The notes below the pieces were generated by a model that saw only the letters and a program-made list of their open reading frames with translations, had not been told where the DNA came from and made no database searches. Made by a program: the position numbers and the translations under genes. A stretch of 64,000 nucleotides of DNA from Opitutales bacterium. Lineage in GTDB: Bacteria; Verrucomicrobiota; Verrucomicrobiia; Opitutales; JAFGAQ01. The stretch spans positions 6,164-70,163 of the forward strand of contig JAPXRV010000005.1 in the NCBI GenBank assembly GCA_033813415.1, read 5' to 3'. Positions 7,773 to 15,452 of the stretch are shown piece after piece (the first letter of the stretch is position 1; each line of letters opens with the position of its first letter).

Positions 7773-9382
7773 TACCGGTCCTGGTCGCCAAACAGTTCAA
7801 CCGGGCGGTCTTCCGTTTCGGAGATGTCGGATTGATCGTTTTTGAGATGGTATCGGTATTCGAACAGGTCATTCCGCCGATCCATTCTTTGCCGGACGCT
7901 TCCGGATTCCCTGGAGCGGTACAGGTCGTTGATGTCGAGATCCGTTACCAGCAGCATTTCCACGTTGCTGTCCGCCTCTGCCTGAATGCCGTCGCGTGCG
8001 AACTCGAAATCATTTGGAGTGAAGACACCCGCTTTCCCGTAGTGGATGTCCATCGCTGGAACGCTAGGCAGGTTGCCAATGATACCACTGGTGACGACAT
8101 AGATCTGGTTCTCGATTGCCCGCGCCTGGGCGCAGAGTCTGACCCGTTGGTAGGCTGGGCGGTCATCCGTGCAATAGGGAATAAACAGGATTTCCGCACC
8201 CTGGTCGGCGAGGTACCGAGCGGCCTCAGGGAATTCGCAGTCGTAGCAAATGAGCACTCCGACTTTTGCTTTCGGGGTGTGGATCACACGGAGCTCGTGT
8301 CCTCCCGTGATGCCCCAGTGCTTGAGTTCGGATGGGGTGATGTGCAGTTTCGGCTGGATGACGGTTGATCCATCCGGAGAGATCACCGGGCACGCGTTGT
8401 AAATGCGGCCATTTCTACGCATCGGATGGCTCCCCGCGATGATATGGAGGCCGTATTCGCGGGCCATCCGGGTCATGAGCTCCATGAAGGGCTCCTCCAG
8501 ATCCGCCAGGCGTTCAATCCCTTCGCGCGAGGGAAGGTTTTTCAGTTCCGTCTGCGAGAGCAGCTGGACGGAGAAGAACTCAGGAAAGACCAGAAAGTCC
8601 GCCCGGTAGTCGCAGGCGGTATCGACAAAGTATTCCACCTGATCGGCAAACTCCTCGAAGCTGGTGATCCTCCTGACTTGATACTGCACGCAGGCAACCC
8701 TGACTTTCCCGAGGGATCCCTCCTTTGGGGAGTATTCCGGATTCAGCCACTCGATGAGGGTTGCATTGTTCTTGCTCTTCGGGTCACGGATGTAGTGCTT
8801 GAGGATTCCACGGACCACAAAACCTTCCCTGAGCTGAAAACTCAGCACCTGATCCTGGATCTCACCCAGCTCGACTGCTTTGATGTAGGCGTCAGGCGTC
8901 ATCTCATCCGCGACTGCCTCGTAGCCCACAATTCTTCCGCCTGCGAGAATGCGCCGGAGGTTAAGTCGTTTACAGAGCTTGCGCCTCTCCTCGTAGAGGT
9001 ATCCACCGATACCAGCACCCCGGCACTCGGGGTCCACGTAAACATCCGCGCCGTAAAGTGTATCCCCGCGTGGGTCATGGTTGTTGAAGTAGCCACCGTC
9101 CGTGATGCCCGCGTAGGTGTGTGGCCGGTAGGGGTTGTCCCCGAAATCAACGATGAGGCTCACCACCGCTCCGACGAGTTTGCCATTGAGCTCGGCAACG
9201 ATCTGGCCCTCCGGAAAGACTTTTTGGTGGGCGATCAGGTGCGCTTTTGTCCAAACGACATTCTCCTCCGCCATTGCCGGGAAGCATCGTTTGTTGAGAT
9301 CAATCAAGTCACGGATATCCTCGGGCTTCGCCTGACGCAGGGTCAGCATTCCGGACGGGGTCTCAACAGATACCTTTTGCAT
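7769..9382 (-). CDS. bifunctional GNAT N-acetyltransferase / carbon-nitrogen hydrolase (nitrilase superfamily) protein
   Basis: 537 aa. The N-terminal GNAT core is QIVAELNGKLVGAV...ECRGAGIGGYLYEERRKL. The C-terminal CN-hydrolase Glu-Lys-Cys elements are FLVFPEFF, KLHITPSE and VLICYDCEFPE. Confidence 0.85.
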   Translation of the reverse strand: MQKVSVETPSGMLTLRQAKPEDIRDLIDLNKRCFPAMAEENVVWTKAHLIAHQKVFPEGQIVAELNGKLVGAVVSLIVDFGDNPYRPHTYAGITDGGYFNNHDPRGDTLYGADVYVDPECRGAGIGGYLYEERRKLCKRLNLRRILAGGRIVGYEAVADEMTPDAYIKAVELGEIQDQVLSFQLREGFVVRGILKHYIRDPKSKNNATLIEWLNPEYSPKEGSLGKVRVACVQYQVRRITSFEEFADQVEYFVDTACDYRADFLVFPEFFSVQLLSQTELKNLPSREGIERLADLEEPFMELMTRMAREYGLHIIAGSHPMRRNGRIYNACPVISPDGSTVIQPKLHITPSELKHWGITGGHELRVIHTPKAKVGVLICYDCEFPEAARYLADQGAEILFIPYCTDDRPAYQRVRLCAQARAIENQIYVVTSGIIGNLPSVPAMDIHYGKAGVFTPNDFEFARDGIQAEADSNVEMLLVTDLDINDLYRSRESGSVRQRMDRRNDLFEYRYHLKNDQSDISETEDRPVELFGDQDRY

Positions 9383-9514
9383 GAAGCCATTATGGACATA
9401 CTTGACCGCTATCTCAAGTCAGCAGGGAAAAATGGGTAAACAAAGGCAGCATGCACAGGGACGCCCATGATCCACAAGGAGCCGCTGGTGCAATTGGCGA
9501 ATAATCGACGCTAT

Positions 9515-11803
9515 TTAAGGTGCGCCGCTGGCTGAGTAGGTGAGTGGGTTCTCATCCTCATCCGTGGCCTGAATCGTGATCTGAATGGGTTGGCCAGCCT
9601 GTGCCGATTGGTCCCCGATGGTATCCAACACGGGCGCGTGGTTCTCCGGGTTAGGAGCGCTCCCGCTGTATACCACTTCCAGCATTTTCTCGGCCCAGAG
9701 CCTTCGGTATTCCAGATAGCCGGCATCGGATGGATGAAGTGCATCCGCCAACAGCTCAGGATGCTCCAGGAAGAAGGTCCAGAAGTCGGGTCCGTCGATT
9801 ATCTCCGGATACAGGCTCTTGAGTATTTCCAATTGGGCGTTTAAGGCCGGAATGTTTTGGGTCGATCTGGAATCATTTGCCCATGGTATGGTCGGAATAA
9901 CCGGAATTTTCCCCGCCGCGAGGACGGCTTGCACCATCGTTTCGTAGTTGTTGTAGAACAACTGAACCCGTGTCTGGTCTGGAAGGCCAAGTCCGCCGGA
10001 GTCATTGGTCCCGAAATTGAGAGTAACATAACGGCCGGGGAAATTCGCCAACCATTGGTTTATGTAGGAAACCGGACGTTCTTCAGTCGTGGAGACCATG
10101 TTTTCGGTTGTCCATGCTCCCCTGCCAGCGTTCTCCTGCGACGGGAAATATCCCGGATTTGCCGCATTGACGATTTGGGCGAAGTTTTGTCCTCCCCTCT
10201 CTGCCTGACTCATTCCGCCTGCAGTGATAGAGTCTCCGAAAAATATCCAACTGTCTTCGGCGCCCAAGTGGGCGTCATGGATGTCCATGTTGAATTGGAG
10301 GTTTTGAGAAGTGCCTTCGGATGATGTTACATGGAGACGGATCCAATTGTAACCCGTCATATCCACCACATGTTGACGCGAATGAAAGATGTTCGATTCT
10401 TCGGTGTGCAAGACAACCCAGCCTTCGGCCGGTAATGTGCCGCCATCTGCTGCATTCCCCTCTATCGTGTAATCGCCGGGAGCCCGAATGACGGACTCAA
10501 AATATGGATAACTGTCGTTATACCATGCAAGTAAGACCACGCTTCTTTGCTCTTCCGGAACGCCCGACAAATCATAGGCCAGCCATTTGGGCCATTGCTC
10601 GCTCCACATCCCCAAATAGTCGCCATAGGAGGAATTGTTGGCTTGGGATGCCGTTCCCATTGACGAAAACGATGGAACCCCACGGGATATCACCGGCATC
10701 GGATGTGGAGCCGGATGAGTGTCAGTGTTGGGAAAAACCGCTTCGCGGTGGTTGGTGACAAATGCGTTGGAGGCCGCGCTGACTTCGGTCCATCCGCCGT
10801 TGTTATCGACTCCGTTGGAGGTCCATGGCATGATTCCGGACCATCCATTCTGGTAGGCCGATTCAAAGTCGCCCGCGAGCGTATCGCCGCTTCCGGACGC
10901 GGGGCATTCACCCAGAACCGATGGTTTTGTGGCGTCGAGATCGAAGCCGGATGGGGTGACATACATGGGAATGCTCCAGTAGGGTTCCATCCACGGATAC
11001 CAGTGGGTCGACCAGAAATCCAGTGTGGCTTCCGGGGCATCGATTTGAGCCCGGAGGGCGGAGTCCGAAACAACGTTTTTCATCCATCCGACATCGCTGT
11101 TGTACTTGATCACGGCAATTCCCACAGTGACAAGCGTCGGGCTGTTATCATGTATCGCCTTCGATGCCTTGGCGAAGAAGCGCTGAAAACGTGACCATTC
11201 GATTGCTCCTCCTTCGTCGGTGGTTGCCCAATCCGGTTCGTTGATGAGATCAATCGACCAAAGGGCTGTGTTGTTCCCGTAGCGTTGAACAAAAGGAATG
11301 AGGTAGTTGGCGATGTAGGAATCGACATTTGCATCGCTGTTGATCCAGTTTCGCCACCTTTGCCAGGTGGTGTAGTGTGTGACGAAGTGATCAAACGAGA
11401 GAAGGGTCGCCATGATGTAAACGCCTCGTGCCTGGGCGATCTGGAAGAGTTGATCCAGATCACTCCAATGCTTGTCCGTGGCCCCGGATACGTAACCGTT
11501 GCTGTCGATGTTGATCCCGACTTCACCGGAGCAGGTGATCCATACCCGTGAGGAATTCAGGCCGTTGGCGTTGAACTGGGAATAGTGGTTGTCCCACCAA
11601 TCCGGATTGAAAGAGCTCTTTCCGAAATCGTTCCAGAGGTTCCAGGGTGTGTTGGCTCCGCTCATGTAGATGGGCTTCCCGGCCACCACCAACTGATTGC
11701 CCTCGATTGTGATCCTCGGGAGCAGCGGAGGGTTGTCTGCGCAAAAGGCAAAGGCTGGGCTCAGCGCAAGGAGCAGAACGGATGCGAGTGTTTTGTAGTG
11801 CAT
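9515..11803 (-). CDS. secreted multidomain enzyme: GH5 glycanase + discoidin/CBM32-like domain + SGNH/GDSL esterase + C-terminal Ig-like (cadherin/He_PIG-type) segment
   Basis: 762 aa with a signal peptide. GH5 is supported by LINEPDW (acid/base NEP) and VLGECPA. SGNH blocks are FFGDSITAGG, FGTNDSG and DALHPSDAGY. The central segment WLAYDLS is F5/8-type-C-like. The tail is PVLDTIGDQSAQAGQPIQITIQATDEDENPLTYSASG. Confidence 0.85.
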   Translation of the reverse strand: MHYKTLASVLLLALSPAFAFCADNPPLLPRITIEGNQLVVAGKPIYMSGANTPWNLWNDFGKSSFNPDWWDNHYSQFNANGLNSSRVWITCSGEVGINIDSNGYVSGATDKHWSDLDQLFQIAQARGVYIMATLLSFDHFVTHYTTWQRWRNWINSDANVDSYIANYLIPFVQRYGNNTALWSIDLINEPDWATTDEGGAIEWSRFQRFFAKASKAIHDNSPTLVTVGIAVIKYNSDVGWMKNVVSDSALRAQIDAPEATLDFWSTHWYPWMEPYWSIPMYVTPSGFDLDATKPSVLGECPASGSGDTLAGDFESAYQNGWSGIMPWTSNGVDNNGGWTEVSAASNAFVTNHREAVFPNTDTHPAPHPMPVISRGVPSFSSMGTASQANNSSYGDYLGMWSEQWPKWLAYDLSGVPEEQRSVVLLAWYNDSYPYFESVIRAPGDYTIEGNAADGGTLPAEGWVVLHTEESNIFHSRQHVVDMTGYNWIRLHVTSSEGTSQNLQFNMDIHDAHLGAEDSWIFFGDSITAGGMSQAERGGQNFAQIVNAANPGYFPSQENAGRGAWTTENMVSTTEERPVSYINQWLANFPGRYVTLNFGTNDSGGLGLPDQTRVQLFYNNYETMVQAVLAAGKIPVIPTIPWANDSRSTQNIPALNAQLEILKSLYPEIIDGPDFWTFFLEHPELLADALHPSDAGYLEYRRLWAEKMLEVVYSGSAPNPENHAPVLDTIGDQSAQAGQPIQITIQATDEDENPLTYSASGAP

Positions 11804-12027
11804 GGGGTGTGCGTGTGTTGCGGATTAAACACCGACGGCACTGCTCAATGACGGGCGCGACCAGGTCATGTCAGACTCATCCGACACGGGAAACCGCGGA
11901 ATATGTCGTCAATTTGAGAAGGGCCGATAGTGCAGTAGGTAGTAGAATCTATCGGAATGAACTGAATATTATAGGCCTATGTTCTCCGGATCAAGACCTT
12001 AGTTTCTTCCCCGATTGAAGGGCATTT

Positions 12028-12118
12028 CAGGATCTATAGGATTGAAGAAGATTTGTCTCACACCCGTTTGACGCTGCATGCAGCGTCTGCACTCAAGCCG
12101 CAAAGGCGCCAAGGAAGA
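12028..12118. repeat. 91-nt repeat unit (D/P type) with a perfect 18-bp palindrome GACGCTGCATGCAGCGTC (12070-12087), copy 1
   Basis: Manual ungapped alignment to 50349-50439 gives 83/91 identical positions. Confidence 0.85.
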
Positions 12119-12153
12119 GAGAATTCAAGAGGCTTAACCACGAAAGGCACCAA

Positions 12154-12209
12154 AAGCACGAAAGGGGAGAAGAAGCGGCTCGGTGAGGACACCTCGCCCT
12201 GCCTTGGAT
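12154..12209. repeat. short intergenic repeat module (K/G type), copy 2
   Basis: It shares colinear blocks with 7112-7167. It is preceded by a cacgaaaggcaccaaaagcacgaaagg (acgaaagg-type) reiteration. Confidence 0.7.
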
Positions 12210-12644
12210 ATTGGGAAAGGCCCGGAGTCGGCGGCTTCAGCCGTCGTCTTCTTTTGTCACGCAGTGAGTCCGGCGTAGCCGAGTGGGAGCCTTACAAGGA
12301 GGGAAGACCCCGAGACCCGTGGAAGTAAGGTGGCCATAGAAACCTGTTGGCTGAGGTTGGAAGCCGAGATCATCGTTGTGGCGAGGAACGAACCACTCGA
12401 CGAAGCTCATGATCAAGACCATCCAGCGAAACCGGAACGGTTGAGCGATGTTGAATACAATGAGGTTTTGACATCGCCCTGACGGGCTTACGCCCCTCGC
12501 CTGTGGCTCGGGGCACAGACGCCTCAGCTTCGCTTCGGCCATAAATATCGCATATCATCAGTCTGTTGTTTTGCGCCAGCAAAACGTATGTGGCCCGAAG
12601 GGCTTATAGCGAGCAAAGCGAGCGATGTTAGAAAGAGTTTTTGC

Positions 12645-12876
12645 CTCAGAGATCACAGAGCACACAGAGGTTGGAGATAAGAATTGTCCTTTCTTCGTGC
12701 TCTTGTGTCCATCGTGGTGAAAAGTGAAGTGCCCTTTTTTTGGACAGGATTTGCAGGATCTACAGGATTGAAGAGGATATCCTCGCGCAGAGCCGCGGAG
12801 GGAGGATGGAATAGGAACCACGAAATTCCCGAAAAGCACGAAGGGGGGATGGGTGTTTTGAAATCTGCGGATGACA
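12645..12876. repeat. composite of short repeat modules (cacagag / ttcgtg / tttttggacaggat-caggatctac-ggattgaaga / cacgaa..gcacgaagg / aaatctgcgg)
   Basis: 12688-12778 aligns block-wise to 50286-50372 (cttcgtg, tcgtggtgaa, tttttggacaggat, caggatctac, ggattgaaga). The other modules recur at 50238-50263, 50503-50620 and 57355-57400. Confidence 0.75.
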
Positions 12877-12989
12877 ATGTTATTTCAGGTACAGAAGAGG
12901 TTCTCGCGAGGAGGTGCGGAGAAACAATCAATGGGAGCCGCGAAGCTTTGAGGTCCAAAGCCTGTATGCCTATCGTTCAAGGGATCTGC

Positions 12990-13190
12990 TCAGCTTGCTG
13001 GAGTGGTCGATGGAACAGCCGGGTCGGGTTGTAGGCGGGGAAGGGTCTCGCCGGGCGCGATCGGCTCGGGGCGATGGCGGTTGGCGATTTTGAAGGTCAC
13101 GAGCCAGGATCCGATGATGACAGTAAAAAACAGGATGATCCAGAGCCAAAAGCCGATGGAGTGTTTCGGAGTGTGGGATGGCTTGTCCAT
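12990..13190 (-). CDS. small single-TM protein downstream of ccoG (FixH-like N-terminal segment only)
   Basis: The ATG at 13190 lies 35 nt after the ccoG stop. The 66-aa product (MDKPSHTPKHSIGFWLWIILFFTVIIGSWLV...) has one TM helix followed by a Pro-rich low-complexity tail. It is shorter than a typical FixH. Confidence 0.4.
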   Translation of the reverse strand: MDKPSHTPKHSIGFWLWIILFFTVIIGSWLVTFKIANRHRPEPIAPGETLPRLQPDPAVPSTTPAS

Positions 13191-13224
13191 TTTGGGAAGA
13201 TGTGCCGGATTAAGCTCGAATGGA

Positions 13225-14640
13225 TCAGTCGAAGACGAGTTCACGCTGCGAGGCTTGGAGATCAGGCCCAAGGAAGCGCAAATCCCGTGAGGATACGATG
13301 GTTCCGTCCGGTCTGGACAGGGTGAGGTGAAATTCGAAAGGCGCACGGAACTCCGTTGCGGGAACCGATACGATCAAAGGCAGGACGGTTTCCTCATAGG
13401 GTTTGAGGGGAACCGGATCGTTGAGGCTCATTTGGGCGATTGCGCCGGAGTCCGCCCGGATGGTGAGCGCGGTTTCCTGCCCGGTCTTATTGAGGAGCCG
13501 GACGCTGAATTGGTTGCGGACGGCGGTTTCGGTGCGGTGAAAGGGCGGGCCGCTCATGCGGGTGACACTCAGGTGGAAAGGTTTGAGCTGAAACAGCGAA
13601 AGGGTCATGACGATGCTTCCAACCAGTAGAAACCCGGCGTAGAGAAGGGTGCGTGGCCTGAGCAGCTTACGCCGTTTGCCGGCAAAGCCGTTGAGTGAAT
13701 CGTAGCGGATCAGCCCGCGCGGGCGCTTGAGTTTGTCCATGACCTGATCACAGGCGTCGATGCAATAGGCGCACCCGATGCACTCGATTTGGAGCCCCAT
13801 GCGGATGTCGATCCCCATCGGGCACACATTGACGCAACGCAGGCAATCAATGCAGTGTCCATTGGCAGGGTCAGAGGGTTTGCCGCGCGGTTCTCCGCGG
13901 GTGGTGTCGTAGCCGATGATCAGGGAGTCATCGTCGATCAGGGCGGATTGGACTCTCCCATACGGGCAGATGACGATACAGAGTTGTTCCCTGAACCAGG
14001 AGAAGTTGAAGTAGAAAAGCCCAGTGAGAGTGGCGACCAGCAGGAAGCTGTCCCAGTGTTCCGACGGGTTGGACAGGATCCATTTCCCGATGACTTCGAC
14101 TGGCACGAAGTAGGAGAGGAAAACATGTGCAAGGGAGAGTGATACGATGATATAGAGGGCATGCTTGAGTCCCCTTCTCATGACTTTGGATGAAGTCCAT
14201 GGAGCATCATCCAGTGCTCTTTGCCTGGCAGAGTCGCCTTCCACCAGTCTTTCGATGGGTCGGAAGATCTGTTCGAGCAGCAGGGAGTGGGGACAGGTCC
14301 AGCCGCACCAGATGCGGCCCCAGAGTGAGGTGACCACAAACAGGAGGAATCCAAGCCCGGAGAGGATGAAGAAGGAGAGCCACAGATCCTGGGCGATGAG
14401 GGTGATCCCGAAGAGGTGAAAGCGACGATGGGGAATGTCGAGGAGCACCGCGGGGTAGCCGCCGATGTCGATCCAGGGAAGGATCACGGTGATCAGCAGA
14501 AGGATCAGTCCGACAATGGTGCGGGCCCGGGTGAAGCGTCCACTCACATGGGCCGGACGAATGAACCTCCGGGATCCGTCCGGATTGATCGAGGAAACGG
14601 AATCCAGGTTGGGAAGGTTGCGTCGGGATTGCCGGGCCAT
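13225..14640 (-). CDS. ccoG: cytochrome c oxidase accessory protein CcoG/FixG (polyferredoxin membrane protein)
   Basis: 471 aa with TM helices and two 4Fe-4S motifs (CIDCLRCVNVCP and CIGCAYCIDACD). It sits in a cco cluster. Confidence 0.9.
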   Translation of the reverse strand: MARQSRRNLPNLDSVSSINPDGSRRFIRPAHVSGRFTRARTIVGLILLLITVILPWIDIGGYPAVLLDIPHRRFHLFGITLIAQDLWLSFFILSGLGFLLFVVTSLWGRIWCGWTCPHSLLLEQIFRPIERLVEGDSARQRALDDAPWTSSKVMRRGLKHALYIIVSLSLAHVFLSYFVPVEVIGKWILSNPSEHWDSFLLVATLTGLFYFNFSWFREQLCIVICPYGRVQSALIDDDSLIIGYDTTRGEPRGKPSDPANGHCIDCLRCVNVCPMGIDIRMGLQIECIGCAYCIDACDQVMDKLKRPRGLIRYDSLNGFAGKRRKLLRPRTLLYAGFLLVGSIVMTLSLFQLKPFHLSVTRMSGPPFHRTETAVRNQFSVRLLNKTGQETALTIRADSGAIAQMSLNDPVPLKPYEETVLPLIVSVPATEFRAPFEFHLTLSRPDGTIVSSRDLRFLGPDLQASQRELVFD

Positions 14641-14644
14641 GGGA

Positions 14645-15208
14645 TCAGGGTTGGGTCGGTTCCTGCATACTCAGGACGTAGGCGGTGACCTGTGCGATCG
14701 CAGTGGGGCTGAGGATGCCTTCATGCCGGGGCATTCCCGCAGAGGCCACACCCTGCGTGATGGTATTGAAGATGCTGATCGGGTTTCCGCCGTGCTTCCA
14801 TTCGCTGTCGACAAGGTTGACTCCGACCATTCCGGGTCCTGACCTCAGATCGGCTCCATGGCAGGTCGCGCATTGATTGGTCATGAATACATGACTACCA
14901 GCCGCGACAAATTCGGGGTTTCGGCTCAGCTCAAGGAGATTGGCATCGTCGAGTAGCTTGACGGTTTCCTCAATCCGGCGGGCCTCGACCTGAGCAAGCT
15001 CGTTTTCGAGAAGAAGGGTGTCGCGCGTGCCCTGAAGGACCTGATGAACCACGAGCCAGTATGCGATCGAGAAGAGGATCGCTCCGTATAGCGTGAAGAG
15101 CCACCAGTTCGGCAATTTCTGGTCAAACTCCTGAATACCGTCATAGGAGTGTTCGAGAAGGGTCACGCCCTTGTCTTTGGGCTCTCGCTTTATTGAAGGG
15201 TCATCCAT
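14645..15208 (-). CDS. ccoP: cbb3-type cytochrome c oxidase subunit III (CcoP), monohaem form
   Basis: The CcoP N-terminal motif is EHSYDGIQEFDQKLPNWWLFTLYG. There is a single CATCHG haem-c site with a downstream GMP. The start was chosen at the ATG that overlaps the ccoQ-like stop (ATGGATGA). Confidence 0.85.
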   Translation of the reverse strand: MDDPSIKREPKDKGVTLLEHSYDGIQEFDQKLPNWWLFTLYGAILFSIAYWLVVHQVLQGTRDTLLLENELAQVEARRIEETVKLLDDANLLELSRNPEFVAAGSHVFMTNQCATCHGADLRSGPGMVGVNLVDSEWKHGGNPISIFNTITQGVASAGMPRHEGILSPTAIAQVTAYVLSMQEPTQP

Positions 15209-15428
15209 GGCGTGCGGGGGGTGCGGGTTCGGAATCTTCTTTATCCGGGTGCGTCCGTTTGTCCGGATCACCGGGTTCATCAAGGGGCATGGAGGCGAGC
15301 TTTCCGGCGGTATCCTTTTTCATGAGGACAGCGCGAATCACGAAATACAGAAAGGCCAGAAAGCAAAGCAGGAAAGCGAGAACCTGAATCAAAGCGTGCC
15401 ATTCCTCGGGCTGAATACGTGATCCCAT
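15201..15428 (-). CDS. ccoQ: CcoQ/FixQ-like small membrane subunit
   Basis: 75 aa with one TM helix (LIQVLAFLLCFLAFLYFVI) followed by an acidic PLDEPGD tail. It lies between ccoNO and ccoP. Confidence 0.55.
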   Translation of the reverse strand: MGSRIQPEEWHALIQVLAFLLCFLAFLYFVIRAVLMKKDTAGKLASMPLDEPGDPDKRTHPDKEDSEPAPPARHG

Positions 15429-15452
15429 GGTGTGTGCTATTGGTCGGCCGGT

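Noticed and set aside
8426-9439. A 337-aa plus-strand ORF.
   Set aside because: It is antisense to the GNAT-nitrilase gene, which carries clear catalytic motifs. It has no motifs of its own.
12330-12482. A 50-codon GTG-initiated frame in the unique core of island 1 (VAIETCWLRLEAEIIVVARNEPLDEAH...).
   Set aside because: It has no ribosome-binding context and no recognisable family, and it is too short to judge. The region is retained only as part of the unexplained-core finding.
12053-12958. Track ORFs inside island 1 (12053-12328, 12237-12542, 12370-12582, 12558-12839, 12653-12958, 12684-13034), and likewise 50275-50529, 50414-50617, 50442-50627 and 50560-50874 in island 2.
   Set aside because: Their peptides (TKGTKSTKG, NPVDPVHPVQK, LKSADD, FVFFVPFVV, LLLCDFCDL) are direct translations of the short nucleotide repeats, in both orientations. 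They are not protein-coding.
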